NCBI GenBank assembly: GCA_050015395.1
Contig: JBEKBM010000023.1
Span: 1 to 52,554 of the forward strand
Length of the DNA: 52,554 nucleotides
Direction of reading: 5' to 3'
Origin: Candidatus Bathyarchaeia archaeon
Lineage (GTDB): Archaea > Thermoproteota > Bathyarchaeia > Bathyarchaeales > Bathycorpusculaceae
A program made the position numbers and the translations under genes. Position 1 is the stretch's first letter, and every line of letters starts with the position of its first letter. The notes beneath the pieces were generated by a model. The model saw only the letters and a program-made list of their open reading frames with translations. It was not told the origin of the DNA and did not search any database. Positions 1-9,701 of the stretch are shown in pieces.

Positions 1-112
1 ATTTGGATACAAACGGAATCACGATTTGGATACAAACGGAATCACGATTTGGATACAAACGGAATCACGATTTGGATACAAACGGAATCACGATTTGGAT
101 ACAAACGGAATC
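1..112. repeat. Perfect 23-bp tandem repeat (ATTTGGATACAAACGGAATCACG), 4 full copies plus 20 bp, running off the window edge
   Basis: Identical units start at 1, 24, 47, 70 and 93; no spacers. Confidence 0.97.
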
Positions 113-272
113 GGTACGCTCGAATCATAATATCTGTGATTAGGGCAATGTATTTTTAAGCGTTAAGTCGTTTTCAGGACAGCTAAAACCTATGGGGATT
201 CCCGCTCGCCTCTGCTAAAAATAAACTTTAATTAGCAAACCACTTGCTATTCACTGTAGACCGTGAACTGAT

Positions 273-1619
273 TTGATTGTTGATTCTGTCCTAACAAACG
301 CTAAAGCCTACCTCAACGGCCAAGTTGTCGATTGCAGCATAGCCATTGAAGAAGGCAAAATCTTCAAAATTGGCAAAGAAACTCAAATGCCAAACGCTGA
401 CCAAAAAACTAATCTAAAAAATCTTCTAGTCCTGCCAGGCTTGATAGATGAGCATGTTCACCTGCGGGACGAGGGAAAAGCGTACAAAGAAGACTTCCAA
501 ACAGGAACAGCCGCCGGAGCCGCCGGGGGCTTCACCACAGTCTTAGACATGCCTAACAACGAACCAGTAACAATGAGTAAGGAAACCTTAAGAAACCGCA
601 TGGCAATCGCCGAAAGAAAAGTTCTCGTTAACGTGGGATTCTATTCTGAATTTCCAAAAAAATTGGCCGAAGCAAAAGACATCATTTCCGAAGGGGCAGT
701 AGGCTTCAAGCTTTTCATGGGTTGCCAAATCGGCGGATTAAACATAGATGACGACCAAGCCTTATATGACGCATTCAAAGAAGTCGCCGAGGTGAACGTG
801 CCACTGGCAGTGCATGCTGAAGATAAAGAATTGCTTACAAAAAACGAAGGGAAACTTAAGCAAGTCAGAAAAAGTAGCGTTGTTGCTTTTCAAGAGGCGC
901 ATTCAGAAACAGTTGAATTAAAAGCCATCGAACGCCTACTAAAAATAAGTGCGCAAACTGATGTGCGGTTGCATTTTTGTCATGTTTCAACTGAAGAGGG
1001 CTTAAACGCCATTATTGAAGCAAAAAAATCTGGAAGAAAAGTAACATGTGAAGTTACCCCTAATCATCTATTGTTATCAACTGCTGATTTGGAACATTAC
1101 GGTCAATTGCTGATTATGGCGCCACCGCTTCGCAGCAAAAATCATGTTGAAGCGTTATGGAAAGGTTTGGAAGCAGGTTGGATTGATGCTTTGGGTTCAG
1201 ACCATGCGCCGCATGCTTTAAGCGAGAAGTCCGCAAGTAGCGTTTGGAATGTTAAAGTTGGCGTGCCAGGTCTAGAAACCACATTACCCCTTATTTTGAC
1301 GCTTGTAAAGAAGAATCGGTTATCCTTAGCCCAAGCGGTTCAACTTCTTGGGGAGAAACCGGCAGAGATTTACGGTTTGAATGACTGCGGTCGCTTGGAG
1401 CAGGGAAAGAATGCAGATTTAACTGTGGTAGATTTTAACCGCAAATTCAAAATTGATGCTTCAAAATTCAAGTCCAAAGCGAAATATTCCCCGTATGACG
1501 GGTGGGAAGTTCAAGGTAAGCCAGTAAAGACCTTTGTTAACGGATTGTTAGTTTTCGATGAGGGGGAAATAGTTGCTAAAGCGGGTAGCGGCTCAATTGT
1601 TCGGGGAGGCAACGTGTGA
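273..1619 (+). CDS. pyrC: Dihydroorotase (amidohydrolase superfamily)
   Basis: PGLIDEHVHLR, GGFTTVLDMPN, EVTPNHL, PPLR, SDHAPH and GVPGLET motifs; TTG start. Confidence 0.88.
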   Translation: MIVDSVLTNAKAYLNGQVVDCSIAIEEGKIFKIGKETQMPNADQKTNLKNLLVLPGLIDEHVHLRDEGKAYKEDFQTGTAAGAAGGFTTVLDMPNNEPVTMSKETLRNRMAIAERKVLVNVGFYSEFPKKLAEAKDIISEGAVGFKLFMGCQIGGLNIDDDQALYDAFKEVAEVNVPLAVHAEDKELLTKNEGKLKQVRKSSVVAFQEAHSETVELKAIERLLKISAQTDVRLHFCHVSTEEGLNAIIEAKKSGRKVTCEVTPNHLLLSTADLEHYGQLLIMAPPLRSKNHVEALWKGLEAGWIDALGSDHAPHALSEKSASSVWNVKVGVPGLETTLPLILTLVKKNRLSLAQAVQLLGEKPAEIYGLNDCGRLEQGKNADLTVVDFNRKFKIDASKFKSKAKYSPYDGWEVQGKPVKTFVNGLLVFDEGEIVAKAGSGSIVRGGNV

Positions 1620-2104
1620 AGTTCATAGCGGATGCTATGCTGGGAAAACTGGCACGTTGGCTACGCATCTTGGGACATGACGTCATATACTCCACTCAGC
1701 TGAGTGATTCTGGGCTTCTTGAACTGACAAAAAAAGAAAACCGCGTTTTATTAACTAAAGATTTAGAGCTTTACCAACGTGCCATCGCCAAAGGCATAGA
1801 TGCACTCTACCTTGAAGGCAAATCGGAATCCGAACGGCTGGCGGAAGTTGCCAAGCGATACAGCTTAACATTAGAGATAGATATGGAAAAGTCCCATTGC
1901 CCGGTATGTAACACAAAACTTAAGGCTACGCCAAAAGAGCAACTTTCAGGTGAACTAGAGAAAAACACGTTCACTTATTATGATAAGTTTTGGAAATGCC
2001 CAAATTGCGGGCAAGTCTACTGGCAAGGAGCACACTGGAAACAAATCAGCAATACACTTAAAGAAGCGCAAGCAAAACTGGCAAAATTAAAAGAAAAAAA
2101 TTGA
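1616..2104 (+). CDS. Mut7-C/DUF82 PIN-like RNase with C-terminal Zn ribbon
   Basis: FIADAMLGKLARWLR..G.D; CPVCN...CPNCGQVYWQGAHW; GTGA overlap with pyrC. Confidence 0.9.
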   Translation: MKFIADAMLGKLARWLRILGHDVIYSTQLSDSGLLELTKKENRVLLTKDLELYQRAIAKGIDALYLEGKSESERLAEVAKRYSLTLEIDMEKSHCPVCNTKLKATPKEQLSGELEKNTFTYYDKFWKCPNCGQVYWQGAHWKQISNTLKEAQAKLAKLKEKN

Positions 2105-2113
2105 AGCTTAAGT

Positions 2114-2356
2114 TTAAGTTAGCCATTTTAATGGAATATCTTGGAAAGTTCCGTCTGGTAACGTCCTTCTGATAGTTATCGGTAGTATTCTAGCGTCAAG
2201 TTCTTTTAGAGCGATGTTAATCGGGTTTGTATTTTCGCTTGCATCCACCAAAATCGGTGCTCCCATCGAGATTTGAAGCGCTCTAGCTCCAACTATTCTT
2301 GCTTTCTCAAAGCGAGTAAGTTTTGGTGGTCCAACATTTATTTTTTGTTCTGACGT
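2114..2356 (-). CDS. rpoK: DNA-directed RNA polymerase subunit K (Rpo6/omega); absent from the ORF track and lacking a canonical start codon
   Basis: Manual translation: (T/M)[37 protein letters not shown]...[22 protein letters not shown]...KWLT*; [22 protein letters not shown] is the Rpo6 signature. ACG start at 2356 is inferred. Confidence 0.93.
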   Translation of the reverse strand, partial: TSEQKINVGPPKLTRFEKARIVGARALQISMGAPILVDASENTNPINIALKELDARILPITIRRTLPDGTFQDIPLKWLT

Positions 2357-2359
2357 ATT

Positions 2360-4042
2360 TTAATACTCTCCAGCGCCTGGATATCCGCCCATACCGCCCA
2401 TGCCACCCATTCCACCCATGCCGCCTCCTGGTGGGGTTGGCGGTCTCTTCATTTTGCCAGAGGCAATAACATCGTCGATTTTGAGTATCATGGATGCTGC
2501 TTCGGTTGCTGATTTGATTATTTGTTTTTTGACTGAGAGCGGTTCAAAAATGTTTACTTTTGACATGTCTTGGACTTTTCCTTCTAGGACTTCTATGCCC
2601 GCCCATGTTTCTCCCTTTTCGTGCATAGCTCGTAATTCTGAAAGTATGTCGATTGGGTCTACGCCAGCGTTTTCGGCGAGCGTTACAGTTATTGATTCGA
2701 GGGCTTCTGCGAATACTCTGACTGCAAGTTGCTCTCTTCCTGGCATTGTTTCAGCGTATTTTCTGAGTACGCTGGCCATTTCAAGTTCTGGAGCACTTCC
2801 TCCAGCAACGATTTTTGGCTCTTGAATTAGGTCTCTAATAACGCAGAGTGCATCGTGGATTGAGCGTTCTGCCTCTGCCGTCATACGCTGAGTTCCACCT
2901 CTAATCAAGATGGTAACTGCTTTCGGGTTCTTGCAGCCTTCAATAAAAGTCATCTTGTCGTCGCCAATTCTGCGCTCTTCCACCAAAGCTGCATATCCAA
3001 GGTCTGACGGTGAAATATCATCCAAGCTAGATACTATTTTTCCGCCCGCGGCTTTTGCAAGTTTTTCCATGTCCGATTTTTTGGCTCTTCTAATGGCGAT
3101 TATTCCTTTTCTGGCAAGAAAATGCTGAGCCATGTCATCTATGCCTTTTTGGCAGATGACTACGTTTGCGCCTGAAGCTAAAATTTTGTTAGTCATGTCT
3201 TTTAGCATTGTTTCTTCTTGCTTGAGGAACGCTTCAATCTGGTCGGGGCTTTCAATGTTTATTTTAGCGTCTAACTCGGGTTTTTCAATCTCTAACGAAG
3301 TATCGATTAATGCAATCTTTGCGTTCTCTACTCGCTTGGGCATTCCTGAGTGGACAATTTCTTTGTCTAAAACTATGCCGTTTATTAGGGTGGTGTCTAT
3401 GAGGGATTCGCCTGTTTTCTTTTCAATTTTTACGTCGTCAACATCTGCCTTGTAGACTCCGTCGTGTTTTTCGGCGACTGCCAGCATTGCCTTAACAGCT
3501 AAATCCGCCAAGTATTCTTTGTATTCAGCAACGATTTTGCTTCCCATTGATGTTGTTGCAGCCTTTTTCAGGTAGTCCTGAGATTTCAGGTCTACTGGTA
3601 TAGCTATTTTTTCAAGGGTTTCTAGCGCTTTTTCAGCTGCCGCCCTATAACCATCAATTATGATTGTTGGGTGAATATTTTTGTCAATTAATTCTTCTGC
3701 TTTGTTGAGAAGTTCGCCTGCGATTATAACTGCAGACGTTGTTCCATCGCCAGCTTCATTGTCTTGTGTCTTTGCAACTTCCACCATCATTTTGGCTGCT
3801 GGATGCTGAATATCCATCTCATCCAGAATAGTTCTGCCGTCACTTGTTATTGTGGTGTCTCCGAAGCTGTCAACTAACATTTTATCCATGCCTTTTGGGC
3901 CTAAAGAGCTTCGGATACTTTCAGCTACAACTTTAGCGGCAGTTATGTTTCCGTGTTGTGCTTCTCTTCCACGGGACCTGTTTGAGCCTTCTTTTAAAAC
4001 GAGAACAGGTATTCCGCCTGCTTGTGTTGGAAATGATGACAA
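2360..4042 (-). CDS. ths: Thermosome (group II chaperonin) subunit
   Basis: [28 protein letters not shown]; C-terminal GGM repeats. Confidence 0.97.
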   Translation of the reverse strand: MSSFPTQAGGIPVLVLKEGSNRSRGREAQHGNITAAKVVAESIRSSLGPKGMDKMLVDSFGDTTITSDGRTILDEMDIQHPAAKMMVEVAKTQDNEAGDGTTSAVIIAGELLNKAEELIDKNIHPTIIIDGYRAAAEKALETLEKIAIPVDLKSQDYLKKAATTSMGSKIVAEYKEYLADLAVKAMLAVAEKHDGVYKADVDDVKIEKKTGESLIDTTLINGIVLDKEIVHSGMPKRVENAKIALIDTSLEIEKPELDAKINIESPDQIEAFLKQEETMLKDMTNKILASGANVVICQKGIDDMAQHFLARKGIIAIRRAKKSDMEKLAKAAGGKIVSSLDDISPSDLGYAALVEERRIGDDKMTFIEGCKNPKAVTILIRGGTQRMTAEAERSIHDALCVIRDLIQEPKIVAGGSAPELEMASVLRKYAETMPGREQLAVRVFAEALESITVTLAENAGVDPIDILSELRAMHEKGETWAGIEVLEGKVQDMSKVNIFEPLSVKKQIIKSATEAASMILKIDDVIASGKMKRPPTPPGGGMGGMGGMGGMGGYPGAGEY

Positions 4043-4196
4043 ATCAACTAATCTCCTTTAATGCGAACAACAACAAAATGTTACTAGCCATATAAGTTTT
4101 TCTAGTCAGTGCATAATTAATACCGCTTAGGCAAGCGTTTTTTGCATCATTTATTCTGTTTTTACAGTTTTCTTTGTTTCATTTTTGCCCTGGGGG

Positions 4197-4700
4197 TTAG
4201 TAGACTGAAACTTTGGCTATTCCGGGTATTTTCAGTATTTCGGGGATTAGTTCTCCTGGGATTTTTTTCTCAACTATCAAAGTTAGTTTTGGTTCCGGTG
4301 AGAGTTCAGGGTCATCTACGATAGCTTGCCTGATGCTTAATCCTGCCCTGTTGAGAATCATGGCTGCGTTGGATAAGATTCCTGGCGATTTTGCGTTTAC
4401 AGGGGTTATTTCTAAGACTCCCAGATTGATGTGTTTGGCGATTTCTTTTAGTGAATGTCCTGCTGGACGTATTTCTTCAAAAATCAATTTGAGTTGTGGG
4501 CTGGCTTTAATGGTGTTTAATGTTTCGTTTACTGTTCGCCGGTCTACTCCGGCTGCTCTTGCTATGCGTACTGGTGGGATTTGGATTTGGTTTAGGTATA
4601 TTTTGTTGTCTTGGACGCTTAGTCCGTTTTCTATAAGTACTCGTGCTACTTTGAGTCGTTCAGGGTATTGTTGCAGTTGAGTTTTTATGTTGTTCCACAT
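4197..4700 (-). CDS. trpY: HTH + ACT amino-acid-binding regulator, TrpY-like (COG2150)
   Basis: MWNNIK..LQQYPERLKVAR...IARAAGVDRRTV..., C-terminal ACT (PGILS...ISIRQ-like LSIRQAIVDDPELS); divergent from trpB2. Start moved from 4760 to the ATG at 4700. Confidence 0.75.
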   Translation of the reverse strand: MWNNIKTQLQQYPERLKVARVLIENGLSVQDNKIYLNQIQIPPVRIARAAGVDRRTVNETLNTIKASPQLKLIFEEIRPAGHSLKEIAKHINLGVLEITPVNAKSPGILSNAAMILNRAGLSIRQAIVDDPELSPEPKLTLIVEKKIPGELIPEILKIPGIAKVSVY

Positions 4701-4769
4701 TTTCTTTCGCTTTTGTATGTTTTTGTCCGTCTGAGTATAAATGTGTTGTTTAATGGTCACCGTGTTTGA

Positions 4770-4818
4770 TGGACAAATCTGTACACAAAAGCCTTAAATA
4801 AAACTTAAACGTACGTTT
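4770..4818. promoter_or_regulatory. Candidate TRP boxes TGGACA-N4-TGTACA (4770-4785), TATA-like TTAAATA (4794-4800) and palindrome AAACGTACGTTT (4807-4818)
   Basis: Read directly from the trpY/trpB2 divergent intergenic region; TGTACA is the TRP box described for Methanothermobacter TrpY. Confidence 0.6.
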
Positions 4819-4848
4819 CATAGCTTTAAAGATAAAAAGGCGAAAGAA

Positions 4849-6261
4849 ATGCCAAATAGAAAAATCTTACTTAACGAAGATGATATACCAAAACAGTGGT
4901 ATAACATAGTTCCCGATTTGCCTAGGCCGCTCCCACCATTCATCGATGCAGCAACAAAACAGCCCGGCGTCGGAATTGTCCCACGAATATTCCCAAAAGC
5001 AATTATCGGTCAAGAAATAAGCCAAGAACGATGGATAGACATACCTGAAGAAGTCCGAGAAGTCTACAGAATGTGGAGACCATCACCACTTTTCAGAGCC
5101 ATCGGTCTAGAAAAAGCACTAAAAACGCCAGCAAAAATCTACTACAAATACGAAGGTGTAAGCCCTGCTGGAAGCCACAAACCAAACACGGCCGTACCTC
5201 AAGCATACTACAACATGAAAGAAGGCACAAAACGCCTATCGACAGAAACAGGTGCAGGTCAATGGGGTTCAGCTTTAGCATTTGCAGCCATGATGTTCGG
5301 GCTAAAAGCTACAGTTTACATGGTTCGTGCAAGTTATGACCAGAAACCATACCGAAAGATGATGATGAACGCTTTCGGCGCAGAATGTTTTGCTAGCCCA
5401 AGTAACAAAACAGAGGCGGGAAGAAAAATCCTCGCTGAAGACCCAGACAACAAGGGCAGCCTCGGCATAGCCATCAGCGAAGCCGTAGAAGACGCCCTCG
5501 TCAACGAAGAAGAAACCAACTATGCCATAGGCAGCGTCTTCAACCACGTATGCTTACACCAGACAGTTGAAGGATTAGAAGCCAAAAAACAACTCGAAAT
5601 GGTCGACGATTATCCAGACGTGATTTATGGATGCATAGGCGGAGGCAGCAGTTTCTCAGGACTCATGTGGCCCTTCTACCACGACAAGGTCGCCAAGAAA
5701 GCACCCAAAGAAACCAAATTCGTTGCAACTGAAGCCACCGCATGCCCCAAAGTCACCAAAGGGCAATACCAGTATGACCACGGCGACACCGCAAAACTAA
5801 CACCGCTGGTCCCCATGCACACTATAGGTCACGACTTCATTCCAGCGCCCATCCACGCAGGCGGGCTCCGGTACCACGGCATCGCCCCAACCATAAGCGT
5901 GCTGGTTCAAGAAAAGCAAATGACAACAGAAGCATTCAACCAACTAGAAGTCTTTGATGCAGCTAAACTTTTCATTCAAACAGAAGGTATCATCCCAGCG
6001 CCAGAGCCATCACATGCAATCAAAGGCGTCATTGATGAAGCGCTACGCTGTAAAAAGACGGGCGAAGCAAAAACCATCCTATTCGTGCTCTGTGGTCACG
6101 GCTACTTTGACATGGCAGCGTACGATGAATACTTTAGTGGCAACCTGCTACCATACGAGTACCCGGCTGAAAAAGTCGAGGAATCAATGAAGAAACTGCA
6201 CAAACTGTACCCATGGCTGGACGAGGTAAACAAGAAATACATAAGCTACGAACCACTCTAA
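4849..6261 (+). CDS. trpB2: Tryptophan synthase beta chain, type 2 (TrpB2)
   Basis: [24 protein letters not shown] (PLP lysine), [23 protein letters not shown]. Confidence 0.95.
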   Translation: MPNRKILLNEDDIPKQWYNIVPDLPRPLPPFIDAATKQPGVGIVPRIFPKAIIGQEISQERWIDIPEEVREVYRMWRPSPLFRAIGLEKALKTPAKIYYKYEGVSPAGSHKPNTAVPQAYYNMKEGTKRLSTETGAGQWGSALAFAAMMFGLKATVYMVRASYDQKPYRKMMMNAFGAECFASPSNKTEAGRKILAEDPDNKGSLGIAISEAVEDALVNEEETNYAIGSVFNHVCLHQTVEGLEAKKQLEMVDDYPDVIYGCIGGGSSFSGLMWPFYHDKVAKKAPKETKFVATEATACPKVTKGQYQYDHGDTAKLTPLVPMHTIGHDFIPAPIHAGGLRYHGIAPTISVLVQEKQMTTEAFNQLEVFDAAKLFIQTEGIIPAPEPSHAIKGVIDEALRCKKTGEAKTILFVLCGHGYFDMAAYDEYFSGNLLPYEYPAEKVEESMKKLHKLYPWLDEVNKKYISYEPL

Positions 6262-6270
6262 ACCCCAACC

Positions 6271-6316
6271 CTTTCCTTTTTTGTTTTTCGTGCTTGCTTT
6301 TTGTTGGTGTTTTTTG
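6271..6316 (+). terminator. Oligo-T archaeal terminator region after trpB2
   Basis: Several T-runs directly after the stop codon. Confidence 0.5.
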
Positions 6317-6626
6317 CCACAAATATTAGGGTAGGTCTATCGGTAAGCGGTTAGAGACAGGGCTTGTTTTGGGATGCTTTTTTATTTTAAGGCTTGATTT
6401 GGGTTTTATCGTGAGACAAAAAAGGTGCAAAAATAGAAAAATGTGGAAAAAGTACTTTCCATAATCACTTAAGCTTGTCCATGAGCGCTCCTGTGTGTGC
6501 AAAATTGACCCCCCGTTCTACTAGTTGATCCTAATAAGCTCCAAACATAATTCAACATGTTCTGCAACGAATCAATTCCCGCAGAATTGGATGTAAAATT
6601 GGTGCTTTTCAAAGGAAACCGAGATT

Positions 6627-7385
6627 CTAAGGGATATTTTTTAAAATGCTGTTTACAGCTGTGAAAACACGTGCTGCGTAGGCAGCTCTCTCTGTACCTG
6701 ATTCTATCAGGTATTCAGCCGCGGCAATTGGTCCGGATGAAGTCTCAGATTCAAAGGCTTTCCTTAATAATTCAATTGACTCTGCTACGAAAGGGCTAGC
6801 TGATGCCCACTTGGAAAGTTGCAAATTGATTTTGTCAACTGAAACCATTATTGAATAAATATCATATGGATCTTTTACCCTGTTTGAGTTGTTGTCGAAC
6901 GCATGAGCCTTTAAGGATATAGATGCTACCGGTCCTGAAACCAAAATCTTTGTTTTTTCTAGTTTTTGCGTAAAGTTGTCATTAAAGACAATCGAGCAAC
7001 CAGAAATTATTACTGGCGATATACCGCTTTGTACTCTATAAGTTCCCGAGTCGTTTGGGACATGTTCTGGTTCACACAAGAAATGAACTTCAAAGGTAAC
7101 TTCGCCATCGGTTCGTTCAAATTCGAATGGTCCTGTTTGTTTGTATTTTAGTTTTTCGGTAAGTAATCGTTCGATGCTAGGGTAGATCTTCATAAGCTCA
7201 AGTGAAAGAACCATGTCAATATCTCTGGAGCCTGTATGCTCAAATCTTCCCAACGAAATGAAATATGGAGCCCAACCACCTGTCAGGACGAATCTTTCCG
7301 TCAGATTCTTGTCCCGATTAAACGCTTCGCTAATCTCATTCAGTGCTTTAAGCGAAATATCAACTTGTTTCTTTGTGTACACCAC
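6627..7385 (-). CDS. AbiEii-like nucleotidyltransferase toxin (type IV TA)
   Basis: FVLTGGWAP...TGSRDIDMV NTase motifs and C-terminal LKAHA...RVKDPYD; GGAGG RBS (7395-7399) favours a GTG start at 7385 over 7409; overlaps the upstream antitoxin. Confidence 0.8.
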   Translation of the reverse strand: MVYTKKQVDISLKALNEISEAFNRDKNLTERFVLTGGWAPYFISLGRFEHTGSRDIDMVLSLELMKIYPSIERLLTEKLKYKQTGPFEFERTDGEVTFEVHFLCEPEHVPNDSGTYRVQSGISPVIISGCSIVFNDNFTQKLEKTKILVSGPVASISLKAHAFDNNSNRVKDPYDIYSIMVSVDKINLQLSKWASASPFVAESIELLRKAFESETSSGPIAAAEYLIESGTERAAYAARVFTAVNSILKNIP

Positions 7386-8358
7386 TTTCAATTGCCTCCA
7401 AAGGTTCAAATTGCAAGTTTGCTTTTTCTAATTCCTTCCTTGCGGTGTCAGTTATCGAAGGAGCGACCAAAACACCTTTTGCTCTTGATCCTAAATACAA
7501 AATATGTTTCTTTAGAATTTCAACAGAGTCCAGCTTTGCCGTCGAGCTTTTGACTTCAACGGCAATCAATTCCTTAGTTTTTGGATCAAGAAAAATTAGG
7601 TCGGGTCCAGACTGACTTATTGCTGGCTTGGGTTCAGCTGTTATTAATCCTCTTGCTCCGAAGAATTCTTTGAGCATTTTTATGAGGTTTTCTTCTTTTA
7701 ATCTCCTTTCATACTCTTTGGTGAGAAGTCGCTCAGCTGCTTCTCTAGTTCGATCAGTATCATTGTATAAATCTAGAATAAGCTGAAGGTCTGAGACTAC
7801 AGTGACTCGACCAACTCTGCTGTCTGTTATTTCTCTTAATCCGTAGAAAACGGATTCATCCTCAGGCAATAAAAAGACAATGTTTCCGCCAATCTCCGCG
7901 ATTTCAAGATTCTGAACCTTAACTATTTTGTTCAAGTCATATTCGCTGGCAACATAGACCTGAATCTGGGCAGGTCTGATATACTGAGTAACAAGGTCCG
8001 TTGCGAATGAACCAGTAAACGCATACTTTATAGAATATTCTTTTGCAGTTTTTGCTATTCGCCGTGCAATATCGTATAATGTGCCCTGAGAATAGTAAGC
8101 TCTCTGTTTCCGCATGCCTGAATCGTAAGCGACCGCCCATCGTTTTATAAGTTCCTCTTCTTTACGAAGTTTTAATTTCATTGATCTTTCTCTAATCAAG
8201 AAACCTAGATCAATTAGCTTATTGGTTACTATCGATGTTAAACCCAAACTTACTTTTGCTTCCATTGCCAGTTGTCTTATCGTCCAGCTTCTGGCTGGAT
8301 TTGAAAGCAAAACTCGAACTATCTGGGACGATCTTCCCACAAATGGGTTCCTAACCAT
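7360..8358 (-). CDS. AbiEi-like antitoxin (wHTH + AbiEi_2/DUF2186-like domain) fused to a C-terminal NucS-like PD-(D/E)xK domain
   Basis: N-terminal TIRQLAMEAKVSLGLTSIVTNKL HTH; YAFTGSFA and VSDLQLILDL...RTREAAERL; then GPDLIFLD...IAVEVKS...GVLVAPSITDTARKEL. Start may be TTG 8376 or ATG 8358. Confidence 0.75.
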   Translation of the reverse strand: MVRNPFVGRSSQIVRVLLSNPARSWTIRQLAMEAKVSLGLTSIVTNKLIDLGFLIRERSMKLKLRKEEELIKRWAVAYDSGMRKQRAYYSQGTLYDIARRIAKTAKEYSIKYAFTGSFATDLVTQYIRPAQIQVYVASEYDLNKIVKVQNLEIAEIGGNIVFLLPEDESVFYGLREITDSRVGRVTVVSDLQLILDLYNDTDRTREAAERLLTKEYERRLKEENLIKMLKEFFGARGLITAEPKPAISQSGPDLIFLDPKTKELIAVEVKSSTAKLDSVEILKKHILYLGSRAKGVLVAPSITDTARKELEKANLQFEPLEAIESGVHKETS

Positions 8359-8370
8359 ATCCACATTACT

Positions 8371-8444
8371 GTTCAATAGTACTTATATATGTTCAGTTTT
8401 ATTGAACATGTTCAATATTTTCCATAAGTTCAAAAAAATTGAAC
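8371..8444 (-). promoter_or_regulatory. Promoter/operator of the TA operon: TATA-like TATATAA (8383-8389), two GTTCA-N7-TGAAC inverted repeats (8391-8407, 8428-8444) and an 18-bp palindrome (8400-8417)
   Basis: Read directly; AbiE-type antitoxins autorepress through paired inverted repeats. Confidence 0.7.
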
Positions 8445-8669
8445 GGGCAACCATTGGACAATATCAAATGACTATATCAAACGACTACATTTTTCAACAT
8501 AAACGTGCTTTTTGAACTGAAAAAATCCAGAAATTGATAAAGGGCATGGGCTTTTACGGCTATCTACTCCCTATTTTTTCTTTGAAGATTAATCGCAATA
8601 GAAAACAAGAAAGCACAAATTTAAAAGACGAGTAATTGATAGGAAGCTTCTGTGGAAGAATGAAAGCGA

Positions 8670-9701
8670 ATGAGTAAGTCTCCGTTAGGTCTACTTTTAA
8701 TTGTATTGCTCGTCGTCTCGTTTGTTTTAATTAGCACTACACCTTTTAGCATGGAGCAAACTTCTACAAACACCAGCAATCTTTCCCCAATAACCATTAG
8801 CGCTGATAAATACTTAATAACCGTTTATAATTCAACTTTAAAATTGATTCCTGAAACAAATAATAATGTATACTGGATAACGTCTGATAATCTTTTAGCC
8901 TACTTTGCCCTTCAAAACTATAATCTTGATGTAAGCAATTCAATTAAAAATACCATTATGGCTTATGCAAGCACTTACGGATTGCCTAAAGATTCCAATG
9001 GCTTGCCAATTGACTATAAACATGAAGCTATAATTGGGGATATTCTAACTCAACCTTTTGGCGGTGCTAATACTTACTATCTTTATAATGGCACAAGTTA
9101 TAATCTGCAAGCAGAAATTGATAACGGAACGAATATCTCTAATTGGCAACAATATGCGGATTTATGCGCATATCAAGGATTATCTTATGTTAATCAAGGA
9201 GATTTAACAGGGGCTGTAAGCTGTTACAAGAATATGATGGCACTTTGGGATGGAAAAGGATTTGCAGATGCACCATATCAAAATGATACTCCTCATTTAT
9301 ACCAAACTTACAAATTAGCATTAGCTTTAACCTTGCAAGTTGACGCTAATATAACGGCGACCTACGCTAATCAAGTGATGTATAATACAATACTCCTCAT
9401 GCAAGATAGTAACAGTGGTGGTGTGCATACTTCATATAATAGCAATATACAAGCTGTTGGAAGTACAAATACAGAAACCACTGCGTTAGTAGCTATTGCT
9501 AATCCAACTAACACGACGCCAACACCAACGCCGACAGCAGAGTTTCCATCATTATCAGTCGTGATAGTATTCATTGCCTTATCTCTATCCATCACAGTTG
9601 TTGTGATGACGGCAAGAAAACGCAAGATAGGCAAAAGTAAGCGATGTCAAAACTTAAAACTGCTTAACGTAGAAATAGCGAAGTATGGCAAAAACACCTA
9701 A
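8670..9701 (+). CDS. Secreted, membrane-anchored protein of unknown function with a PEF-CTERM-like tail
   Basis: N-terminal hydrophobic signal; TPTPTPT linker, AEFP, TM helix, RKRK; AT-rich codons. Confidence 0.75.
   Translation: MSKSPLGLLLIVLLVVSFVLISTTPFSMEQTSTNTSNLSPITISADKYLITVYNSTLKLIPETNNNVYWITSDNLLAYFALQNYNLDVSNSIKNTIMAYASTYGLPKDSNGLPIDYKHEAIIGDILTQPFGGANTYYLYNGTSYNLQAEIDNGTNISNWQQYADLCAYQGLSYVNQGDLTGAVSCYKNMMALWDGKGFADAPYQNDTPHLYQTYKLALALTLQVDANITATYANQVMYNTILLMQDSNSGGVHTSYNSNIQAVGSTNTETTALVAIANPTNTTPTPTPTAEFPSLSVVIVFIALSLSITVVVMTARKRKIGKSKRCQNLKLLNVEIAKYGKNT

Noticed and set aside
1-112. CRISPR array
   Set aside because: Repeats abut with no spacers, and there are no cas genes in the window
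190-220. tRNA fragment (GGGGATTCCCGCTCGCCTCT)
   Set aside because: No TTC T-loop, cloverleaf or CCA
2385-2435. GGM-encoding repeats
   Set aside because: Ordinary chaperonin C-terminal tail
2400-4061. Plus-strand ORFs antisense to the thermosome, and similar shadow ORFs over other genes
   Set aside because: Fully overlap confident genes on the opposite strand or frame and have no recognisable motifs
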